Part shown: one piece after another, positions 25,200-36,619 of the stretch
Layout of the letters: the number at the start of each line of letters is the position of its first letter
How positions within the stretch are numbered: the stretch's first letter is position 1
Source of the DNA: Octopus bimaculoides
Lineage: Eukaryota
Length of the DNA: 45,821 nt
Direction: 5' to 3'
Assembly (NCBI RefSeq): GCF_001194135.2
Contig: NC_068981.1
Span: 118,976,036-119,021,856, forward strand
The notes under the pieces: generated by a model
What the model saw: only the letters and a program-made list of their open reading frames with translations
The model's database searches: none
Told to the model about the DNA's origin: nothing
Program-made: the position numbers and the translations under genes

Positions 25200-26400
25200 A
25201 TTACGAGATCTACTATGAAGTTTCTGAAGAGTTTAGTTGTATGATGTTCATACATAATAAAGATGTAATTATCATAATTGTGATTTCTTGATGTTTTTGG
25301 TGAATAGTAATTATTTATAACAGGTTTTTGGTAAACATATTTATACAGAACATATACCATGGTTATATTAAATGTTTCTGGTTGCATTAAATGTTGACTA
25401 CAGAATAGAAATGTAAAATTTTATACGATATCGATAAAATGAAATAGATGACATCAAGTTTTTAAAGTCGTATAAGCTCAAGGATGAATTCTTACCAAGA
25501 TGTATACTAGAGAGATATTAGGAGAACCTGCAGGAAATTTTATCTACTCCATGAAGAATCAGAAGTTTTCACTAAGGCAAATATTACATATTGATATTTT
25601 ACAATTAAGCATCAACTGCTGTCATGGCGACAAACACGAGATCAGAAAGCGCGTTACATTTTGCATTGTAGTATGAAGATATGAAGACGTCATTATCGTC
25701 AAATCATACCAAAAGTGGTTGTCATTTACATCTCCCTGGAATTCAAAGAAATAAGTTCCAATTTTTGTTATCTATTCAGATGCCCTAAACTAGTAAGTAT
25801 ACGTCGCTATGGTACTCTTGGTTCTTGGATCGACTCGTATCTCAACAAGATCAAATAGTGGCAAAAGTACGGAATTTACATCTCCCAAAAACAGAAAAAA
25901 ATAGGGCAATTTTATTGTCGTTGACATATTTTCTTTTCTTTCATTTCGCTACTTTTCATTGCATATTTTATCATATTTAAAGGTTCATTAAATTTGTTTC
26001 ATTTTTAAATGTGTTTAACGTTTTCTTTAATGAAGTTAATACTGCGTAAAATTCATTCGTACACATTTATTCATTAAATTCTTTAATTTATCAGAAGAAA
26101 AAGGAAACTTTCAAGTTTTCGTAGTCTTTTCCTTTTCTTGCCGTTTAAAACAGGAAAATTGTGACATCCGGTGTGTCTGTAATACAGACTTCCCCTTGGA
26201 TAAAATTTCAAACTTTGACGAGTTGTACATTTCTAAATATATGTCAAATGAAGATTATTATAATTAAACTACAAAATTACACCGGTGTAGAAAATTTGAA
26301 CAAAATCGAGCCCTGCATCCGACTGTCGATACAGAAAGGAGGAAATGTTACTGAGTTATATTTTTTATTGAAATTTCTTCGTGAGTGTACATCTCTATTT
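25200..26400 (-). promoter_or_regulatory. Cassette U6 (well preserved)
   Basis: Donor CATCTTG|GTAAG at 25495-25491, X-box-like GCTGTCATGGCGAC at 25618-25631, GACGTCA at 25686-25692. Colinear with U3 and U4. Confidence 0.7.
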
Positions 26401-26459
26401 CTAAGTGTGTGTGTTAACAGATGCGTGTGACTCTCTCTCTCCTTCTCTCACTCTCTCTC

Positions 26460-26539
<80 letters not shown>

Positions 26540-26849
26540 TCTCTCTCTCTTTGTTTCCTAAACTTCTTTCAAACACTGTATTGTCAATAACAAAATAATA
26601 GTGAGTAACAGTTTGCTAGCTATGGGCTTGGTTATGTCAAGCGTAAAATAATATCCTTCGTTCGTTTGCATGTTTGTGCATATCTCACTGTGTGTACTCA
26701 AGACTGATATGGGGCGAACAAAATAGCAACAATGAATACGACTTAAGATTTTGCCGCGGTCTAATAACTGAAACATGTAAAAAGTAAAGACAAACTTTTG
26801 ATTTTTTTTTTGTTGTTTTTGGCTTCCGTTAAATGTTCCTTTCGGTTGC

Positions 26850-27950
26850 AACATTCGTTATAAGTCTTCTACCGTTAACCACAAAATAAAATATCTAAAA
26901 CTGAATACGATATTATGGCAAAACGAAATACATACCAAAATGGTGTGAATTCAAGGAAAGTATTTGAAGTGAGTAAATGTAAATCATATTATGACGTCAT
27001 CAATGACTATATTATATTTGTAGGTATATATGCATGTATTTAAGTATGTCAGAGAGGGAGTGCATCTGTGTGTGTGTGTGTGTTTCCACGTGTAGGTGTG
27101 TGTGCGTGCGTGTGTGTGTGTGTGTATGTGTGTATAGGAGAGAATCGTAAGGAAGAATGTGATTCGCTGAAAAACTTTGTCGTAAAACTGCTGTATGCCC
27201 TCCGGTTTTATCCAGTATAAGCTCTTTAATTCAGAATTACATATGCAGACGGAATCTTCTATTCTATCAAGACATGTACAGATTTATCAAAAGTAATAAC
27301 GAGTTCCAAGTTAGCCTTAGGGCCACATTTGGAAGATACCACTGCTTAAATAATATAGAAAGGCTCTATGCTAACTTTGGCCCAAACCGGATTTGAAATT
27401 AGAATATAAATGATGTAGATTTATACTACAAACCGATTCGTCTTCTGATTTATCCACAAAGCATTTTGTCCACTGATTTACTTATTCTGTCATTCAGTTT
27501 CTTACATAAAACCGTGTTCTATGTAAGGAAGATAAAGTAGATTATGAAGGAAATAACATCCTTCAGGAGTCGATTGAATCGGCTCCTGAAGGATGAAAGA
27601 GAAAAATCTTATCAATTCCCATGAACAATCAGATATTAAAAATCGTGTCAACTTTTTTTGATTTAATAAAGAAGTCTTCGCTTAGGGAAATATTAGACGA
27701 TGTGTCATAGATAATTTAAAGTTAAACATCAGCTGTTGTCATAACGACGGAAACTGGAACAGAACGGCCGTTACATCGTGCGTGTTTTATTTAAGAGAAC
27801 AACATATTGCATTCAAATTTTAAGTCATCATCATCAAATCATACCAACGATGACTGTAACATTTACGCCTTTCTGAGTTTCAATGAAATACGTTCTAGTA
27901 TCCTGCTATTATCTATTCAGATTCATATTACAAATCAATATGCTTCCAAA
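26850..27950 (-). promoter_or_regulatory. Cassette U7 (rearranged, donor region missing)
   Basis: catgaacaatcagatattaaaaatcg at ~27620, X-box-like GTTGTCATAACGAC at 27735-27748, full CRE TGACGTCA at 26992-26999. ttaaccacaaaataaaa matches the intron-like part of U5. Confidence 0.6.
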
Positions 27951-29375
27951 ATTAGGACATACGCAAACAGCAATGCCCTATATAATTTTTAGCAATGTTT
28001 TGAAAACATGCTACTGGTGGACCAAATATAACGATATTAAATTATTATTTGGTAATACGAATTTAATATCTGCTCAGTCATCAATGTGGTTGACACAGTT
28101 CTTCAGTCACTCATCAAAATCTTTAGAACCGGAATTGCTCGTAAACTTCCTTGATACAGGACACAGTTTAGACCTCTCACCCATCATATCCTCTAGTAAA
28201 TTGCACAGTAGCAGTTCATAGTGATTTGTGGTTCTCACAAGAAGATATAAATTTGGACGTTTTATAAAGGCGGACTCCATCTCATTCTCAACACATTGCT
28301 ACACCCAAAAGGTCATTTAGTTGTTCTAGCAGTTTGTTTTGCGAAAAACTATGAATTTCAGTGGGGAGATGAACTTCGGATTCTTTTATTTTATTTTCTT
28401 CTCTTACCCTTTTTGCTGTTTCCATCAGTCTGCCACACCTGCTGATTTCCATCTCTTCTTCGTTGTCAAGAGACAATGAAGTGGTGCCGCGAATTATCGC
28501 TGTAATTGGGAGCCCCTCGATCTCCAGGCCGGCTCTTAGAACCTAAGACTTTACAATTGTATTTGACGCTTCCGGAGCTGCATCCAGTGTTACCCAAGGA
28601 AGAGCAACCTACGTGAACTACTGTTGCTGTTAGATAAAATCTCACACCCTCAAGTAAAACCCCTGGTACCTAGTAATACGCTACACTAGCTGAGGGTTTA
28701 TAATTTGTTACTGTCATTCTTGTGTTGTATTTTTAGCTGGAGTTTTCACCCAAAGGCACTATACGGGTAAAGATATAGAGACCTTTAGTTGGTATAGCAT
28801 CAGCATCCCCTTTACTTTCTTAGTGGTAATATGGAAAGAAAAGGCAGAACCAATATGTTTGGGAAAAGATTAATTACTCTAGCTGCTAAGATAGTGTTGG
28901 CAACAGTATTACACGGACTATACGTCTACATTCCAGATTTTCTTCCAGGGTTTACTCCATTAACATTATTCAAACTAAATGCAACTACAAAGCAATGACA
29001 CTATTTAATCCATGACTGAAGATTTTCGCACGCCAGTAGGCTTACATACTATATCTCGAGAGGCAAATCACCTCTGATCCCTACTAAATTTAACTGGGAA
29101 TTGCAGACACTTACCGTGTCAGTACAAATAGATATTATCTAGAGCAAGTGACTGGAGAGGGTATGTATAGTAGAAAAGGATTTATGCACTCAGCTGTCCC
29201 TTTTTCATTACTGTTAGGCAACTACAGTAAGAGGCTGAAAGCTGGAAGGTCACAAGGACATAGATTACTTTGCTGACATACAAGACACAACACGCCAATC
29301 ATTTTCTAATATAGACACTCACGCACACACGCATACACACACACACACACACACACGCACACACGCACACACACA

Positions 29376-29408
<33 letters not shown>

Positions 29409-30559
29409 GCAACATTTATACACAAGTGTGTTCGTGTGTTGTTATGTCTAAGACAATTGAAATTCGGTGAATAATGTTTATTTTATGGCACAATCATTGA
29501 GTTTTTCGGTTAAATAAATACCAATAATGTATCGGATTTCTTTCAAGAAATATTTTCTTTATTTCTTGCAAAAGGAATTATTTTATTGGATTTAAACCCA
29601 GTGTTTGTACTTTTGTGTTATACTCTAGTGACTCGACTAATATAATGCTGGTACTTATTTTATCAACTCTTGTCAAGTAAATATTACAAGTGATCCAAGC
29701 AGAGATTTGGTTGCTCTTTCTAACAGGTCAGAGGTCACATACTACCAGTAAATTCGGCTATTGTTGTTCAGCTTCTGATCGATCCTGATCTAGCCATATG
29801 GTCTACGGTGTTACAGTCAAAGCCATTCTGTCTTATTTTCCAGCGTAGTTCCTCTTACACTACACTTTCCAATGTATCATTCCATTTAAAATCGACAAGT
29901 GTGATCCGAAGTAGATTTTGCTACAATTTTAAGCGATTCATATGACAGCGTATAGACTCCCACGTTGATTCATTGAAAAGATAGTTTTATAATTCGAAGT
30001 GCCAGTTTTTACTTTACTGGCGCCGTGTGAAGAGCACGATCGCCACAATACTTCTCCTGAAGTCAATGGAATTAATTACTGATTAACAGAGGCGATCGAT
30101 TGCAAATAGGAGAGCAGGATGGAACACTTTTACTGCTTATATATCTTCACACGCGCGCGCACGCACATACACTGAACTTTAAAGGTTCAAACTAAATGTA
30201 ATTAACTCCCACACATTTAGTTTGAACCTTCAGCAATCTCCAATGTCTTAACTACCAGTTTACAATGTCGTGTTTTAGCTGTTGTTTCCTAAAAAACCGA
30301 GACCACACCCCAGTTTTTATTCCCAAATGATCAAAGCCTTTGCTTTTGCTTGAAGGGAAAACGATCATATTTTCTCATATTTTCTCCTCTAATAAGTTTT
30401 GTATCTCTGTCTATACATTAAAAAATTCGGTTGCTCTTCTCTATTTCCGCTTTCTATTTCTGTGAAATAATTTTTAAAATATTTACAGTATTTTTTGCAA
30501 TATATGGTTTCTATTTTTAAAGGATATATTTTATACATTACCCATATTTATTAAGGATA

Positions 30560-31061
30560 AGATGCTAACGATTCTACCAGCTCGCCGCCTTCTCTATAAT
30601 AACAATGGTGTCTAAATCAGGCAAAGACCAGCAATTTTGAGGGAAGAGGAATAGTCGATTCCATTGATTCCAGTACTTGACTGGTGCTTTGGTTTATTGA
30701 TCCTGGAAGGATGAAAGGTGAGGTTGATCTTAGCGGGGCTTGAACTCAGTATGCAAAGAATCTAAAGAAATACTGTAAATTATATTTTTCCGACTCTCCA
30801 ACGATTCTGCCAATTTGCCACCTTCTCTATAATAATTATAATAATTCTTTCTAACCTTAGCACAAGGCCTGGACTTTTCAGAGGAAAGTGAAGTCGATTT
30901 CATCAATTTTGGTATTTGACTCATACTTTGTTTTTATCAAACCCGAAAGGACGAAAGGCAAAGCTGAACTCATAGGAATTTGAACTCAGAACGTAAAGAC
31001 GGGCGAAATGCCGCTAAGCATTTTATCTGGTGTGCTAAGGATTTTGCCAGCTCACCACCTC

Positions 31062-31110
<49 letters not shown>

Positions 31111-31335
31111 TCATAATAATATTAATTCTTTTTACTAAAGGTACAAGGCCTGAAATTTTGGGGGAGGGATCTAGTCGATTACATTGACCCCTGTGTTTTA
31201 CTGGTACTTAATTTATCGACCTCGAAAGGATGATAGGCAAAGTCGACCTAGGCGGAGTTTGAACTCAAAACGTAAAGATAACAAAAGGCCGCTAAGCATT
31301 TCATCTGGTGTTCTAGGGATTCTGCCAGCTCACCA
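30560..31335 (-). mobile_element. Head-to-tail cluster of 3-4 main SINE copies separated by AAT-rich tracts
   Basis: Repeated family matches at ~30600-30825, ~30845-31060 and ~31125-31335. Confidence 0.9.
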
Positions 31336-31336
31336 C

Positions 31337-31494
31337 AAGAAGAAGAAGAAGAAGAAGAAGAAGAAGAAGAAGAAGAAGAAGAAGAAGAAGAAGAAGAAGA
31401 AGAAGAAGAAGAAGAAGAAGAAGAAGAAGAAGAAGAAGAAGAAGAAGAAGAAGAAGAAGAAGAAGAAGAAGAAGAAGAAGAAGAAGAAGAAGAA
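31337..31494. repeat. (AAG)n microsatellite of about 52 units
   Basis: Directly visible; explains the poly-K and poly-L ORFs. Confidence 0.98.
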
Positions 31495-32680
31495 ATGGAT
31501 ATCTCACGAAAGTAAAAAGGGTGATAAACTCAAAACTGAAGGGAGAGAAATACATACGATATTCTGCTGCTTCCCTGAACTGGACTGAGGAAGAACTAAG
31601 AGACAGATTGTAAAACCAGGAAGACAATGGCCATGTACGAGGCGCTACATCCCAGAGACAATGCCGATAGATTATATCTACCTCTGAAGGAATGAGAGAG
31701 GAATGATATCAATAGAAAACTGTGTAGAAAGGGCAAGACGTGATATAGAAGAGTATGTGGAAGCAACTCAGAAAGACTGACTTCAGCTACCAGAGGAGAG
31801 GAGAAAGAAGCTGTGGAGACGGCAACGAAATACAAGAAAAGAAGAAAACAACGAGAAACAGACATCTGGGGAAAAGAACTACACGATCAGCATCTCAGGC
31901 AAACGCAGAATGTTACAGCAGAGGAGTCTTGGTTAAGGCTGAAGAATGGAGAGCTTAAGAAAGAAACATGATGCTTCATAATGGTTGCTAAAAGCCAGTC
32001 ATTGTGGATGAATATCATTAATACCAAAATAGACAAATCCACGAAAAGTGCAAACTGCAGAGTATGTAATGAGAAAGAGGAATCCGTTATGCATAATAAG
32101 TTCCTTTGGCACAGAAGGAATATAGACGCAAACACGACTGTGTAGTAAGGCTCTACACTGGGACATATTACGGCAAAAAGGATTTTAGGTAGGAAGAAAG
32201 TAGTACGAACATCAACCAGAAAGTTTAATAGAGAACGGTCAGTATAAGGTTTTATGAGATTTTAATGTACAGACTGATGGCGAAATTCATGCTGGACAAG
32301 ATTTTATGATCCTGGACAAAGGGTTAAAAGAGTGCATAATCATAGATGTGACTATATCTGCGGACATGAATGTAGCGGTCAAAGGACAGGAGAAAATAGG
32401 AAAATACTAGGATTTGACTAGGGAAATACGACGACTGTGGAGGGTTTCTACAAAAGTAATCCCTATTGTTATAGGTGCTCTAGGTATCTTCACTAAGGAA
32501 TTTAACAGCTCCCTTACTGAAATTGGCGTTACTACAAGAGATGCATTAATTAAGATATCTGCTCTATTGTGAACACCAAGGATTGCAAGAAATGTCCTCG
32601 ATATCTAAGGGAACTGGTTATGACCCGGTATGAAAGACATTGATTCCAAATGTTAAACATTCATGCACACCATAAATAAT
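31495..32680 (+). mobile_element. 5'-truncated R4/Dong-clade RLE non-LTR retrotransposon
   Basis: ALHPRDNADRLYL, zinc knuckle NCRVCNEKEESVMH, KHDCVV, DFNVQTD, CIIIDV (RLE), VIPIVIGALG and RNVLDI-stop; many stops and frameshifts. Confidence 0.9.
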
Positions 32681-34503
32681 ATCAATCAGATATATTAGCT
32701 TCTAATTGGGATGGCTAATTACTAGTGAGTAAATAGTATTTCGTTTCAGTAGTATACTGTGATATAGATATATCTGAGTGTTTTACCCAACACTCTACAT
32801 GTAGAAATGTATAAAACTTATATATAGATAGATTCTTTATTATAGAATAACATATCTCGGGTACGCATGACTTTGTCTCTTGATTCAGATGCTAGTTCAC
32901 CACTATAGAACAGATCTTTTGAAACTGTCATTCATGCAGTGGACATGTCCAAGCAATCGATGCTATCATTGGCGCAGGAAAATGAAAATATAGAGAATGT
33001 CTACCCTCGTAAATACGTAAATGCTGAAGATCCTATTTTGCCCTTCAATCTCAAGGACGTTTCATATGAAAGCCCTAAAATCTGTGATCTTTTGGAGCGT
33101 ATGTTTCTCAGTCAGGCAGAAATGTGCTGAAAGTACAATCAGTGCACGCCTCGACCATACAAGATTTTCTCAGTTCTTTATTCTATATTTTCTGAGTAAC
33201 TTGAGAGATGAAGTACTCCAATGAGATAAAAGGCTAGAAAATAGAAGTTCTATTTGACACCAACAACTATTAACTTCCATCTCTCCTATACTTCTAAATA
33301 AATCTCTCAGTTTTGCGTAAAAAATATCGCTAAGCTAAGAAAAGAATACGGCAAGGAAAAACATTTATCAAGTTCAATCAGTTTCTCTGGTTCCGTAAAA
33401 CAAACTTCCTTATCTTTGGTACTAATGCATCTTTTAGGCTCCTAAAATTTGACAAATGGGTATCGTGTGGCGCTACAATGTCTGCTTGAGAGAGAGAGAG
33501 CTGTTTATATTGACTATTTTACTCATGCCGTTGATGTGGTCTGGAGAGGTTGTCTTTGTTTATATTGTTTGTGTTATTATTTTCCTTGCTGGCTTTTACT
33601 TGTCTGTGACTGTTTACTTGTCTGGATGTACTGAAAGTATCATAAACCACGTGCACTCAACGACAGGACAGTACCTTACTAATCAAAGATTGTTTAGTTT
33701 GATACAGGTGGTAGTGTCCCAAGGAGTTAAATAACCTCTCCCACCATCAGGAACCACCTTTGACACTGAGCAATGCGTCACTCTAGCTGAAAGCTTATAA
33801 CTGCTGTTTCTCATATTGTTTTGTAACTGAAGTTTCCTCACAAGGGCACTATATTGGAAAAAATTATAGAGAAACTTTTTGTGGATGTCAACACCTCCCT
33901 TCCAATCTTGCAGGTAATATCGTTCCAAATTTTGATTAAGACCAGCAATTTTAAAAGGGACTAGTTACGTCCATCCCAAAATAGTGAAAGGCAAAGTTGA
34001 TCTCGGTGGACTTTGCAGGCAGGAAGTATAACTGGAAGAAGTGCCGCAAAGCATCTTGTCAGGCGTGCTAACTGATTATGCCTGTTCACCAGGTAGCTGC
34101 ATTCCGTCTTTGCTGGTAATACCGAAAGGAAATGCAGAACCTATACGTTTGATTCAGGTTAATTGCAGTAGCTGCCAGGAAAGTGTTGGCAATAACATTT
34201 TCTTTCAGCGATTACCCTTTTAACTCTATCCAAATAAAAGGCAAACGCAAGACAGCATCACCAGCTACGTGAATTTTGATAGACTCTAAAACATTTTCTC
34301 ACGCCGGTGGGCTGACATCTTATATCTCTAGCGGCAGTCCTAGATGTAAAATTAGCATGAAACCGAGATTAAGAATAGCAACATACACATTCCCATTCGA
34401 CCGTTCTTCTTATGCTGTGTTAATCAGCAACGCCTTACTGACACACTAAACATTCACACACACATGTACGTATATGTGACTGTTGGTGAGCTTATATATG
34501 TAG

Positions 34504-34535
<32 letters not shown>

Positions 34536-34638
34536 TAATTAAGGGTATCTAAAAAATACCACTATGCTAGAGATAGCAGTCAAAACTTGACTCTAAAACC
34601 ACATCAAGTAATTTATACAGCACCAGGAGAAAACACAA

Positions 34639-35186
34639 AGGGACAATTACACTAGCAAGAAATTATTGGATATTCCCAGATATAGATTTCTGGCTTTGCA
34701 AACAATATACCCTGCCTCTTCAGTGGGATATTCACAGAAAGTACATAGTCGCAAATATATACAACATACGAGTATGCGCACATATACACACATATATGTG
34801 CACGTATGCACACGACCGGCTTAATTGTCCGTCTAAACTCCAGGTGCTATATGGTCAAAATACCAGAGCAGTGAATATAAGGACGAAGTAAATATATAAA
34901 TTGATATAAATAAGGATAAGATCGTTATTTAAAATACCCATCATATCAAGTGGCCAGCATAGGAATAAAAACCTTATAGGTAATAATTATTTTTAAAATT
35001 ATAATTAAATGTATCTATAACATGTATACGTGCGTATATGTAAGTATTCGTATGTTGTATGTATATATATTTGTAATTATGTACTTTCTGTGAATGTCCC
35101 ACTGAAGAGGAAAAGTATATTGTTTGCAAGGCCAGAAATCTAGATCTGGGATTATCCAATAATTTTTTGCTAGTCTATTTGTCCTT
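34639..35186. repeat. Long inverted repeat: arms ~34639-34800 and ~35021-35186, spacer ~220 bp
   Basis: aattattggatattcccagatatagatttctggctttgcaaacaatata...cagtgggatattcacagaaagtacata is the near reverse complement of tatgtactttctgtgaatgtcccactg...tatattgtttgcaaggccagaaatctagatctgggattatccaataatt. Confidence 0.92.
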
Positions 35187-35413
35187 AAGAGGGCCCTGTA
35201 TATTACATATATACTCTACATATATGCATATGCATATGTATGTGTTTATCTATGTATATGTCTGTATGTATGTATACATGCATACATATATGTACATACA
35301 TACGTGTACAATTATACGTGTATGTATATATGAGTATGATTATTATATATAGGTATGTATATATATATGTATATATATGTGAATGTATATATATATGTAT
35401 ATATATGTGAATG

Positions 35414-35445
<32 letters not shown>

Positions 35446-36105
35446 TATATATGTATATATATATGTATATATTTATATATATATATATATANNNNNNNNN
35501 NNNNNNNNNNNNNNNNNNNNNNNNNNNNNNNNNNNNNNNNNNNNNNNNNNNNNNNNNNNNNNNNNNNNNNNNNNNNNNNNNNNNNNNNNNNNNNNNNNNN
35601 NNNNNNNNNNNNNNNNNNNNNNNNNNNNNNNNNNNNNNNNNNNNNNNNNNNNNNNNNNNNNNNNNNNNNNNNNNNNNNNNNNNNNNNNNNNNNNNNNNNN
35701 NNNNNNNNNNNNNNNNNNNNNNNNNNNNNNNNNNNNNNNNNNNNNNNNNNNNNNNNNNNNNNNNNNNNNNNNNNNNNNNNNNNNNNNNNNNNNNNNNNNN
35801 NNNNNNNNNNNNNNNNNNNNNNNNNNNNNNNNNNNNNNNNNNNNNNNNNNNNNNNNNNNNNNNNNNNNNNNNNNNNNNNNNNNNNNNNNNNNNNNNNNNN
35901 NNNNNNNNNNNNNNNNNNNNNNNNNNNNNNNNNNNNNNNNNNNNNNNNNNNNNNNNNNNNNNNNNNNNNNNNNNNNNNNNNNNNNNNNNNNNNNNNNNNN
36001 NNNNNNNNNNNNNNNNNNNNNNNNNNNNNNNNNNNNNNNNNNNNNNNNNNNNNNNNNNNNNNNNNNNGTGTGTGTGTGTGTGTATGTATGTATATATATA
36101 TGTAT

Positions 36106-36163
<58 letters not shown>

Positions 36164-36619
36164 TTATCGCATGTAATTTTCCAGCCTATATCTAGGTGTG
36201 TGTGTGTGTATACACACACACATATATATACACATATACATATATACATGTATGTACGTACGTTCGTATGTATGCATATAATGTATGTATGTCATTCAGT
36301 TTTATTTCAACAAGATTTCTTGCCAATAGAGAAAGAGCCAGTTTCTAAAATAGATCCAAGGCGCTTTGATTCGAATATCAGTTACATCAACATGGTATTT
36401 TCGCATGCTTGCATGTGTATACGTGCAGTATTTCGAGTCAGTGCAGTATATGGTGTCAATATTTGGAGTCAGTGCCTGTGCAGATTTGTATGTATGTATG
36501 TATGTATGTATGTATGTATGTATGTATGTATGCATGCATGCATCTATGTATGTATTCATGTGTGTATGCATGCATGTATATATGTTTGTATGTATGCATG
36601 CGTGCATGTTTGCATGTCT

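Noticed and set aside
2740-27950. CRISPR-like or protocadherin/zinc-finger/chemoreceptor gene-cluster interpretation of the repeats
   Set aside because: Eukaryotic context, units of about 1 kb that are diverged with no repeat-spacer pattern, and no cadherin, C2H2 or receptor coding exon visible in the window.
31184-31627. Poly-Lys / poly-Leu ORFs
   Set aside because: They are translations of the (AAG)n tract.
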